The notes: a model not told the origin generated them from the sequence alone. DNA of 64,000 bases from an uncultured Sphingorhabdus sp. (GCA_964022345.1 CAXHZT010000003.1:45365-109364), one strand, 5' to 3'; counted from the first letter of the stretch, positions 29,011 through 38,871 are shown. Program-made: numbers and translations.

Positions 29011-29982
29011 TCAGCCGGCGGGAGATATGATCCCGCTGTCGAATTCAAATCCATCGGGCCGGTCTTTGGCCAGCAATAGCGGGCCATCAAGATCGACCCA
29101 TTGGGCAAGCTGCGCGAGCGCGTAGGCCGGTTTTATACCCAGTGATGTGGAGAGCATGCAGCCAACCATGATTTTCAGGTCGGCCGCTTGCGCCGCATGG
29201 GCGATCGCCATGGCTTCGGTCAATCCGCCCGCCTTGTCGAGCTTGATGTTCACGGCATCGTAAAAGGGCGCGATCCGTTCGACATCGGCGCTCGTGTGGC
29301 AGCTTTCGTCGGCGCAAAGCGGGACCGGCGACCGGACCCCGCTGAGCAGATGATCCCGCCCGGCACTGACCGGCTGTTCGATCAGTTCGACGGCATATTG
29401 CGCCAGCTTTGCGGCTTCGGCTGCGATGTCGAGATCGTTCCAGCTTTCATTGGCATCCACGATCAAACGGGCAGCAGGCGCGCCGCGATGGACGGCGGCG
29501 ACGCGCGCGTGGTCGTCCTGACCGGACAATTTCAGTTTCAGCAGTCCATGGCCCTTTGCAGCCGCTTTCCGGGCCTCCGCTTCCATGATGGCCGGCTCGC
29601 CAAGCGAAATCGTGAAGGCGGTCGTCAGCGGAGCCGGTTGGGGCAAGCCGGCGAGCTGCCAGAGGGCCTTATCGGTTTTCCGGCATTCGAGATCCCAGAG
29701 CGCACAATCGAGGGCGTTACGGGCGGCACCTCGGGGCATGTTCTGCAGCACGACTGCGCGATCAAGATCGGGATGCTCGGCAACAAATTGCTCGATCTGC
29801 TCTGCACATTTTTCGGCGTTTTCGCCTTCATAATAGATCGGTGTTGCCTCGGCCCTGCCGGTAAAATGGCCATCCGTCAGTTCGCACTGCACGACATCGA
29901 CATGGGTTTTGGCGCCGCGGCTGATGATGAAGGCGCCGGCGACGGGCCAGCGTTCGATAGAGACAGATGCGCTGATCTTCAT
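29011..29982 (-). CDS. Dipeptide epimerase / N-acyl amino acid racemase (enolase superfamily)
   Basis: 323 aa with KLKL(S)G, D.NESW and DLDGPLLL motifs of the L-Ala-D/L-Glu epimerase subgroup. Confidence 0.85.
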   Translation of the reverse strand: MKISASVSIERWPVAGAFIISRGAKTHVDVVQCELTDGHFTGRAEATPIYYEGENAEKCAEQIEQFVAEHPDLDRAVVLQNMPRGAARNALDCALWDLECRKTDKALWQLAGLPQPAPLTTAFTISLGEPAIMEAEARKAAAKGHGLLKLKLSGQDDHARVAAVHRGAPAARLIVDANESWNDLDIAAEAAKLAQYAVELIEQPVSAGRDHLLSGVRSPVPLCADESCHTSADVERIAPFYDAVNIKLDKAGGLTEAMAIAHAAQAADLKIMVGCMLSTSLGIKPAYALAQLAQWVDLDGPLLLAKDRPDGFEFDSGIISPAG

Positions 29983-30017
29983 GCACCGCTTCTAATGCGC
30001 GGGTGAGAAGGCGTCAC

Positions 30018-31430
30018 TCAATTTAAGGGCGGTCGCTGTGTTTGCGTCAGTATTTTCGGCCGGGCGGTTCCGGTCACGCGCCTGGCGATCGGCTGCCATT
30101 TTGCTTCCGCAGAACGGCGTGTCATATAGGTGTCGAGGCCAATTTGCAGCGCGACCAGCATATAGACGAAGGGCTGATAAGCGATGCCGACGAATAGCGC
30201 GCCCACAAGATAGATTATATGGCCGTGTTGCAGTGCGGTGGCGAGGGGCGCCACCCATTGCTCGTCTTCCTTTTGCGATTTCGTGTATTTCCGCCGCACA
30301 ACCTCCATCCGCCACAGACCGCCGACATGGATGATCAGCCACAGGATCAGGCCGGGATATCCCTGTTCGCCGAGCATTTCGAAATAGCTGCTGTGGAATG
30401 CACGGGCTTCGTCTTCAACAAGCCTTGCTTCGACATCGTCGGGATCAATGTCCCATTGCTCATATTGCTCGACGTCCACTTCCGACAACTCGTAGGTCAG
30501 CTTGTTGATTCGGTAGACGTCGAAACCGCCACCGAAGGGATGCTGTTTTACATAGTCGAGCGTCCATCGCCAGACCGCGAGGCGAGTGGAGGCGGACTGG
30601 TCCGCTTCGTAATTTTCGATGGTCGCCATCCGCTCGGTAAAACTTTGCGGGAGAAACGGTATGGACATGAGGCCGATTGCCACCGCCAGGCCAGCATAGA
30701 GCAGCCTGTAGCGGGCGAAGCGCAGCAACAGCACTGCCAGCACCCCGATGCACACCAGACCCGTCCTGGCCTGAGTCCCGATGGGAATGAGCAGGGCGGA
30801 GAAGATGAGTGCATAAGCGAACAGCTTCACCCGCCAGTCGGGTGGAAAGATGGTGCCGTGATGGGCCAGCCAGAGGATTAGCGGGATGATGCAGATGGCT
30901 ACTGTCGAGATGATCGACCCCTCGTAGAGGCCGCTGTTATTGTCGACCAGCAGGACCAGCACGCCATAACCGCCGCCGGAGAGCAATGTCTTGATCCCGC
31001 CGGTGATGATCAACGTTCCGGCGCACAGCACCATGAACAGCGCCAGCGCTTCCAGACGCAATCTGGTTCTCAGGGTCAGCGGCAGGAATATCGCAAAGAC
31101 CAGCGCTTTCCACACCCAGTCCCATTTTTCGAGCGCTGCGACCGGTACTTCTGCCTGCACCGTGGTATAGCCACAATAAGCGAGCAACAGGATCATCATG
31201 CCCTGGCGGATAGAAAAACGGCTGTCCTTTTTGTCGTCGGCGAATATGTAGCCTAGAAAGGCCAGTGCGAAAACGATCAACGAGAGCGGGATCGAGTTGA
31301 GCATGAAATAGCTGAGCCGCTGCGGGGCAACGATGTCGACATAGGCATAGATCAGGGTGAACAGGAACGGCCGCTTGAAGGCGAGGAACATAAGTGCCAG
31401 CAGATATCCTACAAAAGCGAGATCACGCAT
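30018..31430 (-). CDS. O-antigen-ligase-like membrane protein, resembling the exosortase-A-associated putative O-glycosylation ligase family
   Basis: 470 aa with about 10 TM helices, a Wzy_C-like loop (TQARTG) and a large periplasmic loop (DQSASTRLAVWRWTLDYVKQHPFGGGF). The family name is recalled from memory (TIGR03097-like). Confidence 0.75.
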   Translation of the reverse strand: MRDLAFVGYLLALMFLAFKRPFLFTLIYAYVDIVAPQRLSYFMLNSIPLSLIVFALAFLGYIFADDKKDSRFSIRQGMMILLLAYCGYTTVQAEVPVAALEKWDWVWKALVFAIFLPLTLRTRLRLEALALFMVLCAGTLIITGGIKTLLSGGGYGVLVLLVDNNSGLYEGSIISTVAICIIPLILWLAHHGTIFPPDWRVKLFAYALIFSALLIPIGTQARTGLVCIGVLAVLLLRFARYRLLYAGLAVAIGLMSIPFLPQSFTERMATIENYEADQSASTRLAVWRWTLDYVKQHPFGGGFDVYRINKLTYELSEVDVEQYEQWDIDPDDVEARLVEDEARAFHSSYFEMLGEQGYPGLILWLIIHVGGLWRMEVVRRKYTKSQKEDEQWVAPLATALQHGHIIYLVGALFVGIAYQPFVYMLVALQIGLDTYMTRRSAEAKWQPIARRVTGTARPKILTQTQRPPLN

Positions 31431-31698
31431 CGGGAGGGGATCCTCTGGCGGGCGACTGTTTCAGAAACCCGGAAGGTTCCTTGTCGCGTTCGGGAGGGTC
31501 CTCGACATCAAGATCGTCGCGGTGGACAAGACGCCAGGCGGCGAGCAGCAGCAAGCCGTGCGTCAAAGCGATAGAGAAATTGTCTATCATCGGCCCCATC
31601 CATCCCAGCACGAGCGGCAATAGCACGCTCTTCCCTCTGGCGCGATACAGCTTTTGGGTTGACGGGACGTTAATCCTTTTTCGGCAAGGATTTGCGCC

Positions 31699-32946
31699 AT
31701 GACACGGATATTGCACATCCTCGATCACAGCCTGCCGCTGCACAGCGGCTATTGCTTCCGGACGCGCGCTATCATGAAGGCGCAGCTTGCTGACGGCCTG
31801 GCGGTGGCAGGGGTGACCGGCGTTCGCCAGAATCAGCATGGCTATGTTGCGCAGCAACCGCTTGAGGAATTCGAAGGGCTGCAGTTTTTCCGGACATTGG
31901 CCCGCGCACAAGGCCGCTCGCCGGTTCGCGAGTGGCGGGAAATTGCCGCGCTGGCGGATCGTATCGAGCAGGTTGTCCATGAATGGCAGCCGGATATTCT
32001 GCATGCCCATTCACCGGCGCTCAATGGCCTGGCAGCTTTGCGGGCCGCGCGCAGAACCGGATTGCCGCTCGTGTATGAAATCCGCGCCTTTTGGGAAGAT
32101 GCGTCGGTCGGCAACGGCACCGGTAAGGAAAATAGTGCGCGCTACTGGCTGACGCGACATTTGGAAAACCATGTCATCAAGGGCGCTGACGCCGTGGCGG
32201 TCATTTGCGAGGGGCTGCAGACCGACCTGATCGCGCGGGGAGTCCATCCGGATAAAATAACGGTTTCGCCCAACGGCGTTGATCTCGACCTGTTCGGCGC
32301 TCCGCCGGCGCGGGACAAAAAATTGCTCGCGGAACTGGGATTGACCGGAAAGTCCGTGCTCGGTTTCATTGGCAGCTTCTATGATTATGAAGGACTGGAC
32401 GATCTGATAGCGGCCTTGCCGATACTCCAGGCGTTCCGACCGGATGTGCACCTGCTGCTGGTCGGGGGTGGCCCCATGGAAAGTGCATTGAAGGCCCAAG
32501 TCGAACGGTTGGGCATAGAGTCTGCGGTGACCTTCTCCGGCAGGGTGCCTCATGACGAAGTCGAGCATTTTTACGGCCTGATGGACATCATGGTCTATCC
32601 GCGCAAGGCGATGCGGCTGACCGATCTCGTCACGCCGCTAAAACCGCTTGAGGCAATGGCTCAAGGGCGGCTGGTCGCAGCATCGGATGTTGGCGGACAC
32701 CGGGAACTGATCGAGGACGGCGTGACCGGGACACTATTTCCGGCGGGCGATCCGGAAAAGATCGCAAAAAAGCTGGCCCATCTGCTTGAAAATAGTGGTT
32801 CATGGGCACAAATGACTGAAACAGCACGGAAATTTATTGAAGCCGATCGTAACTGGTCGTCAAACATTTTGCGTTACAAACCTGTTTACCAAAGGTTGAT
32901 CGCGCAGAAATTTCCTGCGCGCGCAGCCCGAGATGGTGGAGAATGA
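31699..32946 (+). CDS. Family 4 glycosyltransferase, resembling the PEP-CTERM/exosortase-A-associated subfamily
   Basis: N-terminus RILHILDHSLPLHSGY.FR and a C-terminal GT-B motif (PLKPLEAMA.GR.V.ASDVGGHRELIEDG.TG.LF). Confidence 0.85.
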   Translation: MTRILHILDHSLPLHSGYCFRTRAIMKAQLADGLAVAGVTGVRQNQHGYVAQQPLEEFEGLQFFRTLARAQGRSPVREWREIAALADRIEQVVHEWQPDILHAHSPALNGLAALRAARRTGLPLVYEIRAFWEDASVGNGTGKENSARYWLTRHLENHVIKGADAVAVICEGLQTDLIARGVHPDKITVSPNGVDLDLFGAPPARDKKLLAELGLTGKSVLGFIGSFYDYEGLDDLIAALPILQAFRPDVHLLLVGGGPMESALKAQVERLGIESAVTFSGRVPHDEVEHFYGLMDIMVYPRKAMRLTDLVTPLKPLEAMAQGRLVAASDVGGHRELIEDGVTGTLFPAGDPEKIAKKLAHLLENSGSWAQMTETARKFIEADRNWSSNILRYKPVYQRLIAQKFPARAARDGGE

Positions 32947-33976
32947 TGTGAACTCTATTGAGCATGATCTGACCCGGTTCAGGAGGCCCGCAATGGCGCT
33001 GGGTGGCGGAATTGCCGCGGCGCTCGTGATTGCCACCCTGCCGCACGTTTATCTGGAGAATGTGGTAGGCGCGACCGGACTATCCGAAATAATACCGGCT
33101 GCGGCACCCCCTCTGGGCAATACCGCGCGGGGTCTCATTGCGGTCGTGGCAGGATTGGTCTCCGCTTCTGCAATCTACTTATTCCTGAATCATAAACCGA
33201 AATTTCTTGGAGGAGGCTCTGACATGGGCTTGGCAATTCGCAATAACCAGACGAACGAAACAATGCACGATGACGGGGCCGCCAAATCCCGCTTTGCAGT
33301 ACCGCGGCTGAATTTGTCGACGAAATCGCTCACCAAATTTCTGAAAAAGCCGAAGAAATCGCCTGGTCAGGTCCGAGAGCTCAAGGATTTGCCCGATGTC
33401 CGGCCCGCTGACCGGCACCCGGATGCGCCGACGCGGCAACCGATTTTCGCGTCCTCGGATCTGGGTGCGCCGCTAGCGGAAAATATCAAGCGGTTCGACA
33501 AGGCTGAACCCAGCCAGGATGCTGCAAAGCCGACCAGCCATCTTGCGCCTGAAACCGTAAAGCCCGCTCCGATCAAGGCCGAACCAGAGCCCATGCCCAA
33601 GGCCGAAAAGGTTGAGAAACCGGAAGGTGCCACCCCTGTTCCGCCGGCAGCATCATCACCTCCACCGCTCGAGGATTTGTCGGAACTGACGATCGGTCAG
33701 CTTGTCGATCGACTGGAATCCGGGCTGCGGCGCCTGGAAGCCCTGGAAAAACGCGGGCAGTCTGCTCCGGCCGCAGAAAAGCCGGAATCTGCGTCGGAAG
33801 AAGAACCGGCAATTGCAAAGCCGGAGGTTGCCGAAGCGCCTGCTCCGGTGGCCATTCCTCCGCTGCGTCCGGTCGAGGAGCCGGAGGCAGACGTGCAAGA
33901 CAAGCGTCAGGCCGACATGGATGCGGCCCTGAAAGCGGCTCTCGGCACGCTGGAGAAAATGACAGCCCACCGCTAG
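32933..33976 (+). CDS. Hypothetical membrane protein with a long P/E/A/K-rich disordered region
   Basis: Two hydrophobic helices (GGIAAALVIATLP; LIAVVAGLVSASAIYLF), then low-complexity sequence and an amphipathic C-terminus. The start is uncertain (alternative ATG at 32993). Confidence 0.5.
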   Translation: MVENDVNSIEHDLTRFRRPAMALGGGIAAALVIATLPHVYLENVVGATGLSEIIPAAAPPLGNTARGLIAVVAGLVSASAIYLFLNHKPKFLGGGSDMGLAIRNNQTNETMHDDGAAKSRFAVPRLNLSTKSLTKFLKKPKKSPGQVRELKDLPDVRPADRHPDAPTRQPIFASSDLGAPLAENIKRFDKAEPSQDAAKPTSHLAPETVKPAPIKAEPEPMPKAEKVEKPEGATPVPPAASSPPPLEDLSELTIGQLVDRLESGLRRLEALEKRGQSAPAAEKPESASEEEPAIAKPEVAEAPAPVAIPPLRPVEEPEADVQDKRQADMDAALKAALGTLEKMTAHR

Positions 33977-34326
33977 GCTTCGCCGGTCCTCGGGGATTGG
34001 ACCGGATCGATGATGGAAAGCACTTCGATCCGTAGTTGTGCGGCTGATTGTTCGGTGACCAATATGTCGGCGACAAAATAGCCGGGGAGCGCAAATTCAT
34101 ATTCAGGCAAAGTCCTGGCAAGTTGCGGGAGTGTGTCCGGGGCCTGCTTATCAGCACAACGAACGGTGAAACTGTACCGCGTCCCGCTGAAGGTTATGCT
34201 CGCCCACGGACGCTCGCGTTCGAGAGTGACGGAGGCCTGCTCGCCAGAAAGCTTCTGTAATTGCTTCTGCAAAAGCGAGCCGGGATCACGCCGATGAATT
34301 CGGCGAGGTTTCGGTTCAGCCTGCAT
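33973..34326 (-). CDS. Hypothetical protein (117 aa), second gene of the unit divergent from the S24 repressor
   Basis: Its ATG at 34326 overlaps the upstream ORF's stop by 11 nt (translational coupling). I did not recognise a family. Confidence 0.45.
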   Translation of the reverse strand: MQAEPKPRRIHRRDPGSLLQKQLQKLSGEQASVTLERERPWASITFSGTRYSFTVRCADKQAPDTLPQLARTLPEYEFALPGYFVADILVTEQSAAQLRIEVLSIIDPVQSPRTGEA

Positions 34327-34504
34327 GGTCAGCTCGCCACATGTTCATGAAAAGCTCTACCCGTTGGGAAACGCTCTCGCCGGGTTGTCTGCCGTTCCGC
34401 AAATCCTCGACAAAGCGGGGATCCCGCACGGAGAGTCGGCCGAATTTGGTCCAGGGCATGCCCGTTTCGTTCAGGAATATCTCAATTTTTCGCAATAATG
34501 GCAC
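34316..34504 (-). CDS. Hypothetical small protein (~62 aa), possible DNA-binding Cro-like partner of the S24 repressor
   Basis: The GTG at 34504 has SD AGGAGA (34511-34516) at 6-nt spacing. The sequence ..FLNETGMPWTKFGRLSVRDPRFVEDLRNGRQP.. looks helix-turn-helix-like. It is divergent from the repressor across an operator-rich 130-bp region. Confidence 0.45.
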   Translation of the reverse strand: MPLLRKIEIFLNETGMPWTKFGRLSVRDPRFVEDLRNGRQPGESVSQRVELFMNMWRADHAG

Positions 34505-34550
34505 AGGCAATCTCCTTTCCGCTTCTGACCCTTCGGGCAGCGACTCATTG

Positions 34551-34605
34551 AATAGGGAAAATCCTATTTGAATTGCGATTTCCTACATGTCTAGGAATAT
34601 TCCTA
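34551..34605. promoter_or_regulatory. Two palindromic operator candidates, TAGG-N6-CCTA
   Basis: AATAGGgaaaatCCTATT (34551-34568) and TAGGAATATTCCTA (34592-34605, a perfect 14-bp palindrome) lie between the divergent genes. Confidence 0.45.
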
Positions 34606-34643
34606 TTGTCTATTTCGGCCAACGGCGTTATCATGGCCGCATC

Positions 34644-35297
34644 ATGCCCAACGATCCGCGCGCCAATCTGGAAGAATTGATCCGCAAGAACGGTCATGAT
34701 TTTGCGGCGATTTCAAAGATGCTTGGCAAAAATCCGGCCTATATCCAGCAGTATCTCCGGCGCGGTACGCCCAAGAAGCTCGATGAGGACGACCGGCGTC
34801 GACTGGCGGAATTTTACGGGGTGGAGGAGAGGCTGATCGGCGGACCTGCGGCGCGCGGGAATCGCCCGGCCAAATCGCCTGCTCCGGACGGCTTGCGGCG
34901 AATAAAGCAGTTACAGGTGGGGGCTTCGGCAGGGGCCGGCTCTTTGGTCGATGACGAATTTGCCGAGTCGATGGGATTCGGACCCAAATGGCTCCGGCGA
35001 CTGGGCGCCGATCCAGACAATTTGTCACTGATCGTTGTGGATGGTGACTCGATGAACCCGACCCTGGGTGACGGTGACGACATCATGGTGGATCACAGCG
35101 CGGCGTCGCGGCCTCTGCGAGACGGCATATATGTTTTGCGCATGGACGATGTCCTGCTGGTAAAGCGTGTTGCCATGGGCCCCTCCGGGAAATTGTCTAT
35201 TCGCAGCGATAATCCGCAATATCCCGACTGGGATGATGTTAACGCCGAAAGCGTGAACATCATCGGCCGGGTGGTCTGGACGGGACGGCGGCTATAA
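34644..35297 (+). CDS. Phage-repressor-like transcriptional regulator with S24 (LexA/cI-type) peptidase domain
   Basis: An N-terminal HTH region (FAAISKMLGKNPAYIQQYLRRG). The C-terminal S24 domain has catalytic Ser in VDGDSMNPTL and Lys in LLVKRV. An alternative, possibly leaderless, ATG lies at 34587 inside the second palindrome. Confidence 0.8.
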   Translation: MPNDPRANLEELIRKNGHDFAAISKMLGKNPAYIQQYLRRGTPKKLDEDDRRRLAEFYGVEERLIGGPAARGNRPAKSPAPDGLRRIKQLQVGASAGAGSLVDDEFAESMGFGPKWLRRLGADPDNLSLIVVDGDSMNPTLGDGDDIMVDHSAASRPLRDGIYVLRMDDVLLVKRVAMGPSGKLSIRSDNPQYPDWDDVNAESVNIIGRVVWTGRRL

Positions 35298-35353
35298 GGC
35301 CTCTCTATTTTCGGACCTTGCAACTTTGGCATAGCGCCGCCAAATAGCCTGTC

Positions 35354-36016
35354 ATGACAGATGCACCTCTCAAAGCCGTGATTATTCCGGTTACACCGCT
35401 CCAGCAAAATTGCACGCTCCTCTGGTGCACAAAGACCAACAAGGCCGCGCTCAGCGATCCCGGCGGCGATTTGAACCGTCTGAAGGCAGCGATTGAAGAA
35501 CATGGCGTGGATCTGGAAAAGATCATCATCACCCATGGCCATCTCGATCATTGCGGCCAGGCGGGAATGCTGGCCGAAGAACTGGGCGTTCCGATTGAAG
35601 GGCCGCACAAGGATGACCTGTTCTGGATCGATCAGCTGGACAGCGATGGCGCGCGTTACGGCATGGAAGCGAAAAGCTTTGTTCCGGATCGCTGGTTGGT
35701 TGATGGAGATCAGGTGACCGTTGGCGATCTCGTTCTTGATGTCATCCATTGCCCCGGTCACACACCGGGCCATGTTATTTTCTATCATCAGCCGTCAAGG
35801 TTGGCGGTGGTCGGCGATGTGATATTCCAAGGCTCGATCGGCCGCACCGATTTTCCGCGCGGCAACCATCAGGATCTGATCAATGCGATCACCCAGAAGC
35901 TCTGGCCGCTGGGTGATGACGTCACCTTCATCCCCGGCCACGGGCCAACCAGCCAGTTCGGCTATGAACGCAAGACCAACGCCTTTGTCGCCGACGATGT
36001 GCTGGCGGCGCGCTGA
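35354..36016 (+). CDS. MBL-fold metallo-hydrolase (glyoxalase II-like)
   Basis: THGHLDHCG metal motif, HCPGHTPGH and IPGHGP. Confidence 0.9.
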   Translation: MTDAPLKAVIIPVTPLQQNCTLLWCTKTNKAALSDPGGDLNRLKAAIEEHGVDLEKIIITHGHLDHCGQAGMLAEELGVPIEGPHKDDLFWIDQLDSDGARYGMEAKSFVPDRWLVDGDQVTVGDLVLDVIHCPGHTPGHVIFYHQPSRLAVVGDVIFQGSIGRTDFPRGNHQDLINAITQKLWPLGDDVTFIPGHGPTSQFGYERKTNAFVADDVLAAR

Positions 36017-36022
36017 GTTGAT

Positions 36023-36415
36023 TTACCCCAAATAAGGAATGGCGATCGCATAAACGCCAAGCCCGAGCAGCACCAGCATGGTCACCAATGTGCCAACCAT
36101 CCGGCCCTTGCCGAATTTTCCGTCATCCATGCCGACGCCATGGGCGACGCGACCGAGCAGATAGAGACCGCTTACGATCCAGAGCCATGTCGGGGACGTA
36201 ACACTGGCAAGCTCGATAGCCGCGACCAGCAGCACAACAAAGGGCGCGCTTTCGATATAATTGCTGTGCGCGCGCATGCGGCGGATGACTTTCTCATTTC
36301 CGCCATCACCAACGCTGACTTTCTCGCTGGTCCTGACCTGACCGACGCGGATCATCAGCCAGATATTTATCAGTGCCGCGGCGCCCGCAACGGTCAGTGT
36401 TATCGGTAAAATCAT
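36023..36415 (-). CDS. MAPEG family membrane protein (second paralog)
   Basis: 130 aa with RRMRAHSNYIESAP and GRVAHGVGM motifs parallel to the 2214-2618 protein. Confidence 0.8.
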   Translation of the reverse strand: MILPITLTVAGAAALINIWLMIRVGQVRTSEKVSVGDGGNEKVIRRMRAHSNYIESAPFVVLLVAAIELASVTSPTWLWIVSGLYLLGRVAHGVGMDDGKFGKGRMVGTLVTMLVLLGLGVYAIAIPYLG

Positions 36416-36630
36416 GAACTTCCCCCAGATGTTGTTTTTATGATACTTCTATAGGAGCAGAATGCTTGCAACGCACGGGAATTTCGTTATACGCGCCCCT
36501 TCGCGTGCAATTGGCTGACGATTGAGCGAGCGATTCTCTGCAGAATTTCAGAGCCACGCTTGTTCAGTGATTATGTTTAGCCTAGTTGTGCGGACAGATG
36601 ATATTTTAAATATAAAGAACAGGCTTAGCA

Positions 36631-36810
36631 ATGGCTGTACCTAAAAGAAAAACTACGCCCTCCAAGCGCGGCATGCGCCGGTCTCATGATGCTTTGAAAG
36701 TCGAAGCCTATCAGGAATGCCCGAATTGCGGCGAATTGAAGCGCCCACACCATATGTGCGGAGCCTGCGGCCATTATAATGGCCGTGAAGTCTTGGCCAC
36801 CGATCTTTAA
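36631..36810 (+). CDS. rpmF: 50S ribosomal protein L32
   Basis: Hand-translated 59-aa ORF, below the ORF-track cutoff: [59 protein letters not shown]. Upstream of plsX-fabH, as usual. Confidence 0.95.
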   Translation: MAVPKRKTTPSKRGMRRSHDALKVEAYQECPNCGELKRPHHMCGACGHYNGREVLATDL

Positions 36811-36856
36811 TCGGCTAGCCTCTTTGCTTCTGACGCATAATCGAGGGGAATAACCG

Positions 36857-37906
36857 GTGGGAATGAGGCCGCGAATCGCGATTGATGCGATGGGCGGAGA
36901 TGAAGGCCCGCGAGTCATGGTTGCAGGCGCTGCTCTCGCGCGCCATCGCCACGCAGGTTTTCAGTTCCTCTTTGTCGGTGATGAGCCGCAGATAAGAGAA
37001 GCGCTCCAGGATCACCCCAATCTCAGTGCGGCATCGGAAGTCTTGCACGCACCAGACGTTGTCTCCGGTGGCGACAAACCGGGGCAGGCACTCCGCGGTT
37101 CCAAAACAACATCGATGGGAATGGCGGTCGACGCCGTCAAAACCGGAAAAGTCAGCGCGGCGGTAAGCGCCGGCAACACAGGCGCGCTCATGGCTATTGC
37201 CAAGCTGGCCCTGCGCACCATGCCCGGCATTGACCGGCCGGCCCTGTCGGCCTTGCTCCCGACGATGAAAGACACCGACGTGGTGATGCTCGATCTGGGT
37301 GCTAACACGGAATGCAACAGCCGCAATCTGGTCCAGTTTGCGGTGATGGGCGCTGCCTACAGCCGGATCATGCACGGCTTTGATCGGCCCAAGGTAAAAT
37401 TGCTGAACATCGGGACCGAAGATGCCAAAGGCACGGGTACGATCCAGGAGGCCGCGGCGACCCTGAAGGAAGCCGATGGCCTGCACATGAATTTTCAGGG
37501 CTTTACCGAGGCGGACAAGATTTCGACCGGTGAAGTCGATGTGATTGTCACCGACGGCTTTTCCGGCAATGTTGCGCTTAAGGCGCTCGAAGGCACGGCA
37601 CGATTTGTCACCGACTTGTTGAAACAGAGCTTTCTGAGCAGCCTGCGATCGAAAATCGGCTTTCTGATATCTCGCCCGGCGACCGAAATGCTGCGGGGGC
37701 ATCTTGATCCCAACAATCACAATGGCGCCGTTTTTCTGGGCCTCAACGGCGTGGTGGTCAAAAGCCACGGCAGTGCGGATGCCAAGGGTGTTGCCAATGC
37801 CGTCGAAGTGGCGGCCCGGCTGGTTGAGGATAGTATCCTCGAACGGATCAGTGAAGATCTGACGAAAATCAGCGAAGCAGCACCGGTAGCCGAGGTGGCA
37901 AAATGA
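36857..37906 (+). CDS. plsX: Phosphate acyltransferase
   Basis: [14 protein letters not shown]-terminus and the GFSGNVALK motif. An alternative ATG exists at 36863. Confidence 0.95.
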   Translation: MGMRPRIAIDAMGGDEGPRVMVAGAALARHRHAGFQFLFVGDEPQIREALQDHPNLSAASEVLHAPDVVSGGDKPGQALRGSKTTSMGMAVDAVKTGKVSAAVSAGNTGALMAIAKLALRTMPGIDRPALSALLPTMKDTDVVMLDLGANTECNSRNLVQFAVMGAAYSRIMHGFDRPKVKLLNIGTEDAKGTGTIQEAAATLKEADGLHMNFQGFTEADKISTGEVDVIVTDGFSGNVALKALEGTARFVTDLLKQSFLSSLRSKIGFLISRPATEMLRGHLDPNNHNGAVFLGLNGVVVKSHGSADAKGVANAVEVAARLVEDSILERISEDLTKISEAAPVAEVAK

Positions 37907-38871
37907 ACGATGCCGCCAGACGGGCAGTCATCAAGGGAACCGGCTCGGCTTTGCCGCGCACCCGCGTTTCCAATGCCGATCTGGCCAAGCGCGTGGACAC
38001 CACGGACGAGTGGATCGTCGAGCGTACCGGCATAAAATTCCGGCATATCGCAGAGGATGACGAGACGACATCCTCTCTCGCCACCGAGGCGGCGGACAAG
38101 GCAATGAAAGCGGCGGGCTTCAGTGCTTCGGATATTGATCTGATCATCGTTGCTACCGCCACCCCCGACCAGACATTTCCGGCAACCGCGACAATTGTCC
38201 AGGATGCGCTGGGCTGCAACGGCTGCGTGGCATTTGATGTCGCAGCGGTCTGCTCCGGTTTCCTTTACGCTCTGTCCGTTGCGGACAGCATGATCCGGGC
38301 GGGCAGCGCGCAAAATGCGCTGGTGATCGGCGCGGAAACATTCAGCCGGATACTCGACTGGGAAGACCGGGGAACCTGCGTCCTGTTCGGCGACGGTGCC
38401 GGCGCGATCGTGCTGGCTGCCGAGCAGAGTGAAAAAGGCGTTCTGGCCACCCGGCTGCACGCCGATGGCGCGCACAACCAGCTTCTCTATGTCGATGGCG
38501 GCGCCGGTACCACCGGGACCGTCGGCAAGCTGCGTATGAAAGGCCGCGAGGTGTTTCGCCATGCGGTCGTCAACTTGTCTTCGGTGTTGAAAGAGGTGCT
38601 GGAAGAATCCGGCGAATCAGTCGAGAATGTCGACTGGGTCGTACCGCACCAGGCCAATGCCCGGATATTGGACGCGACCGCCAAGAAGCTCAATCTCCCT
38701 CCGGAAAAGGTGATCAAGACCGTCGATATGCACGCCAACACGTCGGCGGCATCGGTGCCCCTTGCTCTGGATACCGCTGTACGGGACGGTCGGATCAAGG
38801 CCGGAGACTTGCTGGTGCTGGAGGCGATGGGCGGCGGCTTCACCTGGGGTGCCTCGGTCATCCGCTACTGA
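37903..38871 (+). CDS. fabH: Beta-ketoacyl-ACP synthase III
   Basis: TSDEWI-type N-terminus ([12 protein letters not shown]), active-site Cys in [15 protein letters not shown] and GGGFTWG. Confidence 0.95.
   Translation: MNDAARRAVIKGTGSALPRTRVSNADLAKRVDTTDEWIVERTGIKFRHIAEDDETTSSLATEAADKAMKAAGFSASDIDLIIVATATPDQTFPATATIVQDALGCNGCVAFDVAAVCSGFLYALSVADSMIRAGSAQNALVIGAETFSRILDWEDRGTCVLFGDGAGAIVLAAEQSEKGVLATRLHADGAHNQLLYVDGGAGTTGTVGKLRMKGREVFRHAVVNLSSVLKEVLEESGESVENVDWVVPHQANARILDATAKKLNLPPEKVIKTVDMHANTSAASVPLALDTAVRDGRIKAGDLLVLEAMGGGFTWGASVIRY

Noticed and set aside
31423-32010. The full 195-aa minus-strand ORF overlapping the start of the glycosyltransferase gene.
   Set aside because: Most of it is antisense to the well-supported GT4 gene. 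Only its last 58 codons (31423-31599) lie in intergenic DNA, and those are discussed as a low-confidence small ORF.
33973-36016. A prophage or integrative element around the S24 repressor.
   Set aside because: No integrase, excisionase, replication, structural or lysis genes, att-like repeats or flanking tRNA lie within about 5 kb on either side. It was kept only as a stand-alone switch module.
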